DNA of 64,000 bases, taken from positions 126,836 to 190,835 of the forward strand of contig JAUCBJ010006218.1 of the NCBI GenBank assembly GCA_032718475.1, written 5' to 3'. The notes under the pieces were generated by a model. That model worked only from the letters and a program-made list of their open reading frames with translations, did not search any database and was not told the DNA's origin. Source of the DNA: Nemertoderma westbladi. Its lineage: Eukaryota > Animalia > Xenacoelomorpha. Every line of letters starts with the position of its first letter. Positions within the stretch are counted from its first letter, which is position 1. The translations under genes were made by a program, and so were the position numbers. Below, one piece after another: positions 10,427-21,717 of the stretch.

Positions 10427-10994
10427 TGTGACGGGATCCGAGAGGATCCCGGTTTATCCGGTGTTGGTTACGTACGCGTCCCCGCCGTGTGGATGAAAAG
10501 AGTTGTTGTTCTGACGTTGTTGTTAAGGATATAAATTGAGATAACATATAGTGTATAGGTACAATAGCAGATAGCACTGAATACTGCTGCACTGGTACCG
10601 ATAATGTGATGACGGCGGTGACGGTCCTAACTGTCACCGTACTACCTGACTGTACTGACCGACTGAGATAACTGACTGAATAGGGGAGCACCAACAGGTA
10701 ATATATACTGCACGGTTGGCCATATTAGTGTACCTAGTCGATGCTGTCCCCCCATTGGCTAATATCCCACTTCTCGCCCCTTCACCTTCCCTGGTGTGTT
10801 TCCCGTTCACCCCAGCTATTCTCTCTCTTGTCAGGGGAGTAACCCCTGACCCTTATTGTGTGTGTCTCCTTTGGGGCCTATTGTCCCCGTTTACTGGGCT
10901 GACACGAGGTTGATTGGTAATCAACCTCGTGCTCCCAATATTGCTTTATGGCTCACTCTATGGGTTTGTGTTAGCGGAATTGGATAAGCTAACA
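10427..10994 (-). repeat. 3' LTR (568 bp)
   Basis: TG...CA termini; nearly identical to 16971-17523 apart from 13-bp and 2-bp indels. Confidence 0.95.
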
Positions 10995-11549
10995 CTCCCC
11001 CCCATGCTATCTTCCCGGTGAGAAGATAGCATCCAACTAAAGTGCGCTACAATTCCGCTGGATCCCGATCTAGCATCGGGTGTGGGGTGGGTATATTTTT
11101 TCGGAGTCGGCTTTCCAGGCCGCTCCCTATGGGTATGATATTGCTACCCTCTGGCGTTTCGTGTCGGGCCGATCGTGCGCTTCTCTCACACAACTTTTGT
11201 TTCCCCGACACTTACGCCCTGACTCTACTCTTCCTCTCCTCTCTTGCTCTAACTCTTGGACTTCCCTGTCCCTCACTCTTCCTCTCACTTCTCCCCCCCC
11301 ACGCTTGAATTGCGCCCACACTCTCTCCACACTATCTCCATACCACCTCGACTACCTTATCCCTTCTGACGAATCTCACCCCCCCTCCGTGCCGTCGCAC
11401 TCAGGAAATGTGAAATCGTCTGGCGTCTTGTCCCTAGTGCCATAGTCACTTAGCCCCCCAGTCCCAGTAGCTAATTGAGAAAGGTTGTATGACTATAGTA
11501 CTTACACCACTATCTCCGCACTCCGTGCTATCACCTCTCCACTCTCTTG

Positions 11550-13050
11550 TCACTCCCTAAGGCTTTAATCTCTAATGCTACCCCTGTGCTATCATACTAT
11601 CTACCTACTGCTTACTAACTCTAACTATCTAACTAACTCTGCTAACTACTAACTTTTACTACTTCTAGCTCTAACTGAGAGCCTCTAACTTTCTACTGAC
11701 TCTAACTCTCTACTAAGTCTAACTAACTTCTACTAACTCTACTTGACTCCTCTGAGTCTACCAACTCTGCTAACTAGCTCTACTAACTCTACTCCACTAG
11801 CTCTGCTAACTCTACTCCACTAGCTCTGCTAACTCTACTAACTAGCTCTACTAACTCTACTCCACTCTTCTAACTACGTGGCGCTTGCGGTGCCCACAAC
11901 CACTCTACTATATGGCACCCTATGTGCCCTCTCTACTACACTACTACCTCTCTAACTCTACTACCTGGCACCCTATGTGCCCTCTCTACTACTCTACTCT
12001 ATCTCTAACTCTCTAACTCTACTACCTGGCACCCTACGTGCCCGTCTCTACTCTTCTACTCTATGGCACCCTATGTGCCCTCTCTACTACCTCTAACACT
12101 CTAACTTTACTACCTGGCACCCTACGTGCCCTCTCTACTCTTCTACTACCTGGCACCCAATGTGCCCGTCTCTACTCCTCTACTCCCCCTTTACGTCTCA
12201 TCGCCTACACGTGACGCTCTGAGTGCCGGCAGAGTGGGTACGTTAATTATGTGAACTACTACTGACTCTACTAACTCTACTAACTCTCTTCTAACTCTAC
12301 TAACTCTTTTTGTGCCCGGCACCTCTTGTGCCCGGCACCTTCTAACTCTACTAACTCAACTAACTCTCTACTAACTCAACTAACTCTACTACTAACTCAA
12401 CTAACTCTACTACTAACTCTTTTTGTGCCCGGCACCTGTTGTGCCCGGCACCCACCCTAATTAACATACCCTGCTCTTACATCAAACACATCATCACGCC
12501 CGTGCCCCACTAAGTTCAGCGCATTCCCTACTAGCTCTAACTACGTGGCGCTTACGGTGCCCACAACCCTCTACTGCTACTACTAACACCCCTAACTAGC
12601 GGTACTACGTACCCTCTTACTACTCTAGCTCTCTCTACTAGCTAGCGGTACAACGTACCCTCTTACTACTCTAGCTCTCTCTACTAGCTAGCGGTACAAC
12701 GTACCCTCTTACTACTCTAGCTCTCTCTACTAGCTAGCGGTACTACGTACCCTCTTACTCTTACTAACTCTCTAACGGTACTGCGTACCCTCTAACTCTT
12801 ACTCTCTAATCGGTACTTACGTACCCTCTAACTCTAACTAACTAGCGGTACTTACGTACCCTCTAACTCTCTAACTAATTAGCGGTACTTACGTACCCTC
12901 TAACTCTAACTAACTAGCGGTACTTACGTACCCTCTAACTCTAACTAACTAGCGGTACTTACGTACCCTCCAACTCTCTAACTAACTAGCGGTACTACGT
13001 ACCACCCTCTAACTAACTAACTAACTCTTACTACCTAACTTCTACCTACT
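11550..13050. repeat. Strand-skewed low-complexity/tandem region (CTAACTCTACTA-like) inside the LTR element
   Basis: Visible nested short repeats with interspersed GGCAC..GTGCC and GGTAC..GTACC palindromes; no ORFs. Confidence 0.85.
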
Positions 13051-13079
13051 CTATTATTTAATTATTTTCTTATTTTTAA

Positions 13080-16000
13080 TTAAATAATTATTTTATATTT
13101 TGTGCGTGGGAAGGGCGTCTCGCCCTCATTCCCACCCCCCTCAGTCCAAAACTTTGGACGACTAAAAACTCTCACGTGCCCCTTCTTCCAGTAGGCACTC
13201 TCCTGCTGCCCTCCTATACGTCCTCTAACTCTTCGCCACACTCTCTTCGGTGCCACCTTTGCTGGCCTCCCCCTTCGTATGTGCGCTGGCATTAGAGCCC
13301 TCGACGACCCCCGCTCGTCCCTCGGTATACGCGGTGTTTGCCCATGTAATGCCCCCCCGCACTGTATCAGCCCTGCGTGTGTATGCAACACGCCTCCTTC
13401 TACTTTCCCGACTCCTTTGCTCATGGACTTCTCTACCCCTGGTTTAGTCCTTTCACATCCTCTCCCTTTCCAACACTCTCCGGATCTGTGTCCTTTTACC
13501 ACACATCGATGACATAGTCCGTTTGCGTCTGTGTAGGCTACACGATCTCGTTTGGGCAACGCTTGCCAGTACTTGCAACTCCTGGTCTTATGGGTTCCGT
13601 CCCGATGTAATTGACATTGGAATCCTGGATTATAGCGTTTCCTGTATAGTCCTTCACGTATCGCGCTTAGGTTTATATGTACCGATTTAATGTTTTGGTT
13701 GTCTAGACTCGGCCTTCTGGGTATATTGGGATTGTGTTTATTTTTGGTGTTATTTTCTTTCTGTCCCTGCCACGGTGTGGCCCTGCTACCAGCTAACTGT
13801 GGACTAGCAGTCCCCTGTACGGCCGCGTGTGGTATTGACTGTCCGCACGACCTGTTCTCGTCCAAGGGGTTCGATGTTCTCGCTCCTATTGGGGTACATT
13901 GTCGATATTGTGATGGGGGAATGTCACCCTGTCCCCCCCCGGCCGGTATGTTTGGTACTGGGGTTGATGTTAATACATTGGGGCCCATACGTCTATCTCC
14001 AATAACTCCCCCCTCCCCTGGATATATGTTATGTCCCTGTGTATTATAGTCATGCTGCTGTACCGATATAGGCCTACCTACCTCTCGCCTACCTACCGGT
14101 ATGTACTCCGCGACTTCCGGGTTTAATCCCGTCGTTCGCGCTACCCTATCGCCTACTCTATCTCTCCCAGCATGGCCTATAATAGTATGTGCAGTAAGGC
14201 CTACAGTATGTCCTGCAGTCTGCATGTGCCCTTCCGAACCGAAGTTTATTCTTCGCGAATCTCGAATCTCCCCGCGACTACTGCACTCTCGATCGGCAGC
14301 TATATCCCGTCGGGAAGCTTCTCTTCGATCCCCTCTCCTGTTCTCGACTTGTATTGGTACGTCCTGTACCCCTCTCTTGGCGTGCGGTGCGTTTCTCCGG
14401 GGCGACGGCAATCTCCCGAAGTTCGACCCCACTGGCTCCCTGACTCCATCTCTACTATCGACGGTCCGTTATCCGTCCTCGCACTCCTATCGTTCGTGGC
14501 GACACCTTTTCTACTATCTCCTCTTCTTCTCTTTTCAGTGCAGTATTCCGGCTCGTGAGATCTCTCGTCGACCTCCCGGTTAAACTCCACTGTTCTTCTT
14601 CCCTCTTCTGATCGGGCTCGACGCTTCGTCTGCCCTCTCGCGACGTCAACCTGCCTCTCTCTGCTCGATCGCACGCCGCTGGGGATACTCGCAATCCCCC
14701 TATTACTCTCCGTCGCCGGGTGTTGCGGTTTACCTGATTCGGCCCGCGCATTATCCGCTGACGGCTGTGGGACACTCTCTGCCCCCCCTCTCTCTCTACT
14801 AATCTCTCGCGGTGGGGTGCCCGTAGCCCCCCCCCACCCGCCACTTCTAACTTCACTATTTCTTACTACACTTCTACACCCCTCTTGTGGGGCATTCTCT
14901 GCCCCCCCTCTCTCGCCACTAATTTCTCGCGGTGGGGTGTCCGTAGCCCCCCCCACCCGCCACTTCTAACTTCACTATCTCTTACTACACTTCTGCGTCC
15001 CTCTTGTGGGGCATTCTCTGCCCCCCCTCTCTCGCCACTAATCTTATGTGGTGGGGCGCCGGTAGCCCCCCCCCCCACCCGCCACATCTAACTTCACTAT
15101 CTCTTACTTCGTCTCTACACCCCTCTCTAGTCGACGCACTGTCTTTACTACGGCTGGGTCTATTCACCCCCGCCTCTCTCTCTACTACTGCGTGGCCCAC
15201 CAGGCCCACTTCGGGTTGGCTCAACCCCGCTACCTCCTGCCTACCAACTACGTGGCCTACCAGGCCGCCGTCTGCCGGGTTATATACGTCCGACACGCTC
15301 ATATTAATAGCACCATTCCCAATATTATTTGTTAAATCAATTAAATTATTAGAATTTGAAACGGGATTATTATTTAAATTATTTAAATTACTTAGATCAC
15401 TACTATTCTCTAAACTTAAATTATTATTCGAATTATTTTGCGGGTTTGAATTGAAATTATTATTTAGAGTATTTGTATTTAAATTTAAATTACTACTACC
15501 TGGTAAAATATTATTTCCTGTAATAAAGGGATTAGGGTTATCTACTACGGTACTATTGACATTAACTACTTCTAACGTACTACTACTACCCCCCCCCCCC
15601 CCCCCCCCCCGCCCGTACGGCTACACCAGTTCTGGTTCTCTCGCCCGGTGCCTGTAAGTGGGGTCTCACTCTCTGACAGTTCCAACTGCGCCAGTTTTTG
15701 TCGGCGCCGCTCCAGTTTGGCTTGATATTGCGCAAGCCCGCCTAGCAAGGCATGCAAATCATCCCGCCTGCACTCACCCTCTATCCCCCACTCTCGCATA
15801 TTCTGCTCGGCCAACTCTGCCTCTCTCGCAATCATCTCAAGCCGCCTCGCCGGCTCGCTCTCTACACCCATCTCTCGCTCTCTACACTCCTTGGCTCTCT
15901 CTCTACACTCCTCGGCCCTCTCTCTACACTCCCTCTCCAACTCTCCTACCTTCTCTGAGAATGCGGTTTCCTCTCTCAATCGTCTCTCTAACTCATTCTG

Positions 16001-16884
16001 CTCTGTCGCAATCATTTCTAATTTATACGCCATGCGTTCACTCTCTCGCACCCGTCTTTCTTTTGCGGAGGATGTAGCAGACTTATCGGTTGCGACGGAC
16101 TCCCGCCGCTCCTCCGTCCCACCAACTTTCCCCCGCCTCCCGGAACTTCCTCCGACCGACGAGACCGAATCCTCGGAGTTAACCTCAGATTCGCCCTCCT
16201 CAGGTCTCTTCTAACCCACTAATTTTACTCCCCGGGCATCGACTAAGTATGGCCCTACGTACACTACGCTAGGTTCCATACCCCCACATTCCCATAGTTC
16301 AATCAGTTCGTTGACAACTCCCCTCGCCCTCTCCTCAGCTAGTTCTCTCTGCCCAGAACGCACTAGGTAATCAAAGTATCTGTTCGACTCACCTAGTCGT
16401 CTCCTCAGTCTCACCTCGTCTATCTTCGCCCCTCCTTTGGCCTCCTCAATCGCTCCCTGGTCGCGAGGTAGGCTCGTCGAAGTCGATCAGAAACCCCGAC
16501 GTCCTCGTCGCCGACCTCTCTTCCGTCTCTTCGGGTCCGACGTCGTACCGGCGGCTCCACCGTTGCCGTTCCGGTGGGCCGTCCGTCGCCCTCGGCCTGT
16601 GGCGGGCCGGCGACATCGGTACGTCGACCCTCGCTCCGCGTCGACTCGTTTTTCTCTTCTCCTCCCGACTCGTCTCCTCTACTCGACTCGCTCTCTCCTG
16701 GTAGACGACCCCCCACATCTTGGTTCGCCGTGTTGCTCGTTATCGACGTGGCGTCAACCTGCGTCGACGTGGTCGGCGTAGCATCGACCGACGTCGTGGG
16801 TTCGTATCGTCTCGCCGTGGCCTCGCGGATCGTTAGATCGTCGTCCGGGGTCCGTGGCGGTGTCGTTTCTCCTCCTCTACTCAT
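13080..16884 (-). pseudogene. gag: Fragmented gag-like region (coiled coil, Asn-rich tract, ~120-bp x3 repeat, BEL/Pao-type zinc knuckles)
   Basis: CQLHRDGTHKTRSCKYWQAL..DR....NGLCHRCVVKGHRSGEC matches the BEL/Pao gag Cys/His array; upstream pieces lie in several frames separated by stops and frameshifts. Confidence 0.7.
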
Positions 16885-16970
16885 CTTGTCTTTGGTGGCT
16901 GGTAGCCACAGTCTGTCAGTGCAGTTCGGCAGGCCTAGAGTTAGGACTGTAGGCCTTGGGTAGTTAGGAC

Positions 16971-17523
16971 TGTGACGGGATCCGAGAGGATCCCGGTTTA
17001 TCCGGTGTTGGTTACGTACGCGTCCCCGCCGTGTGGATGAAAAGAGTTGTTGTTCTGACGTTGTTGTTAAGGATATAAATTGAGATAACATATAGTGTAT
17101 AGGTACAATAGCAGATAGCACTGAATACTGCTGCACTGGTACCGATAATGTGATGACGGCGGTGACGGTCCTAACTGTCACCGTACTACCTGACTACTGA
17201 CCGACTGAGATAACTGACTGAATAGGGGAGCACCAACAGGTAATATATACTGCACGGTTGGCCATATTAGTGTACCTAGTCGATTGGCTAATATCCCACT
17301 TCTCGCCCCTTCACCTTCCCTGGTGTGTTTCCCGTTCACCCCAGCTATTCTCTCTCTTGTCAGGGGAGTAACCCCTGACCCTTATTGTGTGTGTCTCCTT
17401 TGGGGCCTATTGTCCCCGTTTACTGGGCTGACACGAGGTTGATTGGTAATCAACCTCGTGCTCCCAATATTGCTTTATGGCTCACTCTATGGGTTTGTGT
17501 TAGCGGAATTGGATAAGCTAACA
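16971..17523 (-). repeat. 5' LTR (553 bp)
   Basis: Direct repeat of 10427-10994; minus-strand TATATAT (~17249) and TCAGTT initiator-like motif (~17217). Confidence 0.95.
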
Positions 17524-18601
17524 CACTTCAATATACCAACACAAAGACCGGTAGAAGTTAGCCAGCCTATAAACAACCATTTACAGGTACCGGCAAGGGA
17601 GGAAACTCTACAGAGGGACCCGCATATAGGACTATAAAAGGTATAGCCTAATACAGTAATAAATTTAGGGTTGTTGTTATTGTTATTGTTATTGTTAGGT
17701 CTATCAGTTATTGTTGCTTATAAAACTTAGTAGACTGAATCTATTTTATATATAATTAAAAAAAAGCGAATACATAAATAAACTAACTATGTTTTATATA
17801 GGCCTCCGTCAACATAGAGTGAATGTTAGTAACAGAGAATGTGGTGGATTTTATATAGGCTTAGTTAGGTATACTGCGGGCCACTCCTATTGTATCCGTG
17901 TGGAGCCATTATATGACTGGTTGAATGATGGGGTTCCTGACTAAAAGTTAACGGTATAGCATACAACATAAAGTGAATGTTGAAAGTTAGTAACAGAGAG
18001 TGTGAGGGGATTTTATAGGTCCAATAGCGCTACCGGTACCTAACTACACCTATTGTGTCTGTGAGGTAGTCAGCTTTCAGTTGAGGAGTAGTCATTAGGC
18101 CTATATGCCTAACCGAATGAAGGTGTACCTTACCTATCCGTAAACCATATTGGGTCAACATGCGAAAAAGGGCCCCGCATAAAGTTAACTATAGCTGTAT
18201 AGGCTTACCTATGCACCAGTAGCACGCAGTAATGTAGATTAGACCAATTAAAGTTGTAAACAGAAAATTGGAAGCATTCAAGTGTAATAGCCTAATCCTT
18301 AAATCAAAGAAACCAGCATGCTCTTGAGCTATCCAAGTATACAGGTACAAGAGTGCTACGGTGCTGGTACCAGTAGGCCTATTGTTAGGTGAGCCTCCTC
18401 TAATGCTGTATTCACGAACCCACATGTCGACTTAATTTAATTTTATTATTAGTAAGTACGGTACCGGTAACGCTAAAGCTCTGTGGTTGCTGTCGGGGGC
18501 CATTCTGTCGTTCTACAGTTTAGCGTTGTTGGCATATGTAGTAAAATCAGCTAGCTACTGGTAGTTAAACTCTGATACAACCGCCGGCTACCGGTAGGTG
18601 C

Positions 18602-18603
<2 letters not shown>

Positions 18604-18665
<62 letters not shown>

Positions 18666-18680
18666 GGTGTGTGTGTGTGT
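18604..18680. repeat. (GT)n microsatellite
   Basis: Directly visible; a shorter (AC)n lies at ~3005-3037. Confidence 0.95.
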
Positions 18681-18808
18681 AAACTTAAGTCCTACACCTT
18701 TAGTCAAACTGAGATATAAAAAAATAGATTTTAATGTTTTTATTATTTTTATTGACATTAAAACAATTATATTATCCCATCACATTACATTACATGCTTA
18801 GAGTAAAC

Positions 18809-19408
18809 CTACAGTACATCTTCCACCGCAGTTATTTCTTTCTGTTTATCATCATCATCAGTCGCAGTTAAACGCTTTCTCATGAAAAAGTGTAGAGCCT
18901 CATACCCGCCAACACGTTTTGCTGAGCAGTATCGCAGACAGTTATCCCTTATGTTTAAGTGGAACGTGCATTTACTTTCCACTGTAGTGAATCGGTCGTG
19001 AAATCGACAAGGGGTTAAATAATCGTGATATTGCTTATATATTCCCAATTTCTCCACCGAATTTGGCTCGAGAACATCGAGTTGGGAAACTAATATTGCC
19101 CGCTTCATCAACCCAAATACATGAATATTTTTTTTATATTTTAAATGTCTCTTCATATATTTTTTAAAGTCGTCTTGCGAAATGTCCCCATAGTTCCAGG
19201 GCAAGTGAGAAGTCATATCCCGTAAATTGTTTACGTGGGCTGCATCTAATGCTGATAATTTAATATTAGGTGGGCCTTTAATTAAAAACGTCTTTATATT
19301 AGTTTTGGTGTAATTAGAATCGAAAATAGCAAATTCTTTAAATACTACCGGAAACTCTTTATTGTCTATCTTATAATATTGAAAATCAACAAAAATAATA
19401 TTATCCAT
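18809..19408 (-). CDS. Polinton accessory protein, probable DEDD/DnaQ-like nuclease fold with C-terminal Cys/His cluster
   Basis: IFVDFQ...VFKEFAI...HLPWNYGDI...HVFGLMK...CTFH...CS pattern recalled from Maverick accessory ORFs; AATAAA on the minus strand at ~18750. Confidence 0.6.
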   Translation of the reverse strand: MDNIIFVDFQYYKIDNKEFPVVFKEFAIFDSNYTKTNIKTFLIKGPPNIKLSALDAAHVNNLRDMTSHLPWNYGDISQDDFKKYMKRHLKYKKNIHVFGLMKRAILVSQLDVLEPNSVEKLGIYKQYHDYLTPCRFHDRFTTVESKCTFHLNIRDNCLRYCSAKRVGGYEALHFFMRKRLTATDDDDKQKEITAVEDVL

Positions 19409-19439
19409 TTTATCTGATAAACAAAAGTTAAATAATTAA

Positions 19440-19892
19440 TTACAAAGTTTGTTGGTTTAATTTATAATAATTAACAAGCCATTTATATAATATAATTTCA
19501 TTGATTTCCACATTATTTGTAAACGCCCTCATTGGATAGATTGTGTGAATATGATTTACCAAATAATAAAGACAGTATAGACCGCATGTGGTCCTCCTGG
19601 GGTCTTGAAATTGTTTGCGTGTAGTACGCCACCTTGCGGAATTTTTCTCAAGCCATTTTTCGATGCATCTGTTTGGATATTTTGGTCCAAACGAGTCAAA
19701 TACTTCGGCCTCATTATCTCGTATATATATCGCGATCCAATGAATCCCGGGCAGATGCTCTTTATCGGTATTTACTATTAACCCATAATCCTGCCGCTTA
19801 TTATTATCTAATTTAGGTAATTTGTTAGCTGGAAACGCTCCCAAATAGTGACCACCCACTGGAAACATATCAAGGTCCTCTGTAGATAACAT
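19440..19892 (-). CDS. Adenain-like maturation cysteine protease
   Basis: IVNTD...PGIHWIAI...FDSFG...FQ....TTCGLYC (His-Asp-Gln-Cys). Confidence 0.95.
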   Translation of the reverse strand: MLSTEDLDMFPVGGHYLGAFPANKLPKLDNNKRQDYGLIVNTDKEHLPGIHWIAIYIRDNEAEVFDSFGPKYPNRCIEKWLEKNSARWRTTRKQFQDPRRTTCGLYCLYYLVNHIHTIYPMRAFTNNVEINEIILYKWLVNYYKLNQQTL

Positions 19893-19894
19893 AC

Positions 19895-21154
19895 TTAATC
19901 GATATGTATTTCTTTCCTGCTATTTAAACTTAATGATTGATCATAAATATTAAAAACGATTACATTTATGGTCTCAACCAACGGTTCGGCAAATCTTAAT
20001 TTTAATTGGCCGTTAGTATATATCGAGGGTTGCGGATCTCTAACATAACCGTCGGCGGTTAGGTCCCAGGATAGGAGAGGGCAATTACCTAAGTAGGTTT
20101 CATGGTCTATATTATTACCCCCATAACCGTTAATATATGTATTAATGTTTTTCATTAATTGAGTATACTCAAAAATATATGTTCCATCTGTAAAATTAGG
20201 CTCGTATATTACACCCCCTACTGGAAGACCGTCTACAATCAGTTCCGCGCGTCTAAGGTTAAAATGTTCAAATTTCAAGGGATTGCTAATTAATTCTCCC
20301 GAATAAGCGTTATTTGTTATGAAGCCGATAATAACTAATTTGGGTTTTTTACCATCAAATATGTTTGTTTGAGTGTAATTTGTGGTTTGAGCTGGAATAG
20401 TAAATGTAGTCACCTCTTTCTTTTGGAATTGATATTCAATATCGTAGCTCTCTAAACCTTTTAGGTGACTGCTTTCTATTACCAGATTAACCTCCATTCT
20501 AGGGATTAGAATTTTTATTTCATCTAATTCTAGCCGAAGATTTGTCACGGCATTTGCATTTGGAGTGATTTTAAAAATAAACGAATTTGATACTTTTCTA
20601 AAATGCATTCTTAAATCATACCCAGGTTGTATTATTTTAGTTTCAGTATCAAAATCAATCGTCAATCCACTTACAAATTGCATTTGTTTACTAAAGGCCC
20701 CGTCAATAGGATGCGCGCCGACATTAATTTCATTTCCGTGTTCTGTTAAAGGCTGATGAAAGCCACCCGCACCCAGTAGCCCATTTTTATCCTCATAAGT
20801 TGTAAATAATAAATTGGATAAGTACGACTTGTAGAAATAATGGTTATTGCTATTTTCAACCTGCTTCTCATTAAGGTCTATTTTAATATCACTCCACATA
20901 GTTTCAGCTGGGTAATTCAGCATATATATATGAGAGTTTTCAAGTCGCCTATCCCAGCGTACTGTACATTTTGTAATTAATAACGCATCTTGCAGTTTCG
21001 TATAGAATTCATTGGATCTGGGTACAAGGAAGGTGACCTCCCTAGATTCACTTCGGAGATTAGATACGGGGTAAATTGTTTCATAATGCTTTGCTTTAAA
21101 TTCAGTCTGTATTGGTTGTGTAGAAAATAAATCTAATTCCTTAATAATTGACAT
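19895..21154 (-). CDS. Double jelly-roll major capsid protein
   Basis: ELDLFS.QPIQT, YFYKSYL..LL, KPKLVIIGF..N.AYSG....NPLKFEHFNL; 419 aa; next to the protease. Confidence 0.92.
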   Translation of the reverse strand: MSIIKELDLFSTQPIQTEFKAKHYETIYPVSNLRSESREVTFLVPRSNEFYTKLQDALLITKCTVRWDRRLENSHIYMLNYPAETMWSDIKIDLNEKQVENSNNHYFYKSYLSNLLFTTYEDKNGLLGAGGFHQPLTEHGNEINVGAHPIDGAFSKQMQFVSGLTIDFDTETKIIQPGYDLRMHFRKVSNSFIFKITPNANAVTNLRLELDEIKILIPRMEVNLVIESSHLKGLESYDIEYQFQKKEVTTFTIPAQTTNYTQTNIFDGKKPKLVIIGFITNNAYSGELISNPLKFEHFNLRRAELIVDGLPVGGVIYEPNFTDGTYIFEYTQLMKNINTYINGYGGNNIDHETYLGNCPLLSWDLTADGYVRDPQPSIYTNGQLKLRFAEPLVETINVIVFNIYDQSLSLNSRKEIHID

Positions 21155-21156
21155 TA

Positions 21157-21717
21157 TTAAAAAATACTTTTTTCGCAGTGTTTCAGTTTGCCTTTTATAT
21201 TTCTCTTTTTACTACGTCGATGTTGTATGTTCATAGACATTGGTCTAGCGGGTCGCTTTAAATCTCTATAAACTTTTTCTACAACCGATCTTGTTGACGG
21301 TTTCATTTTATTTAATGCTTTATTAATAACCGTATTAGCCTGCTGATGTAAGACCCGCTTACCTTTTGGTATTACATGTTGTCTCATAAATTTTGTGGTA
21401 AATGGTAAAGCTTTTTGTAAAACTTTTTTAGCTAATGGCTTACCAAATTTTTTCAATGTAGATAAAGCATCTGTAAATATACCTTCTCCGTGTTGATTTG
21501 CCCGCATACCTCTAGGATAACGTTGAAAACGACGTTGTTTTAAGTTTGGACCAAATGCACCAATTTGTTGACCGTAAGGGTCAATATATGAACCACCACA
21601 AAAAACAGGAACTTGCGTCGAGCCTCTGGTACTTCTTCCGCCTTTAAAAACAGCAAGATTAGAGTCTGAACCCCCATATTGAGGTTTACTGTATCTTTGA
21701 AATAAATCAGAATCCAT
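21157..21717 (-). CDS. Basic virion core-like protein with candidate protease sites
   Basis: QYGG and QHGEGIF motifs, K/R-rich C-terminus, located between the capsid genes. Confidence 0.65.
   Translation of the reverse strand: MDSDLFQRYSKPQYGGSDSNLAVFKGGRSTRGSTQVPVFCGGSYIDPYGQQIGAFGPNLKQRRFQRYPRGMRANQHGEGIFTDALSTLKKFGKPLAKKVLQKALPFTTKFMRQHVIPKGKRVLHQQANTVINKALNKMKPSTRSVVEKVYRDLKRPARPMSMNIQHRRSKKRNIKGKLKHCEKSIF

Larger units (their letters stand above)
10427..17523 (-). mobile_element. Non-autonomous LTR retrotransposon (BEL/Pao-like gag, no pol)
   Basis: Direct repeats TGTGACGGG...CTAACA at 10427-10994 and 16971-17523; 5-bp TSD CACTT (10422-10426, 17524-17528); minus-strand polypurine tract next to the left LTR; gag zinc knuckles; no PR/RT/RH/IN motifs seen. 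Confidence 0.92.
10113..17637 (+). pseudogene. Polinton accessory ORF (~140 aa) interrupted by the LTR element (10113-10426 + 17529-17637)
   Basis: Removing the LTR element and one CACTT joins ...VDDSLHF to NIPTQRPVEV...PHIGL* in frame. Confidence 0.75.

Noticed and set aside
13250-16963. Many plus-strand Pro/Ser/Leu-rich ORFs inside the LTR element
   Set aside because: Antisense shadows of the purine-rich gag strand.
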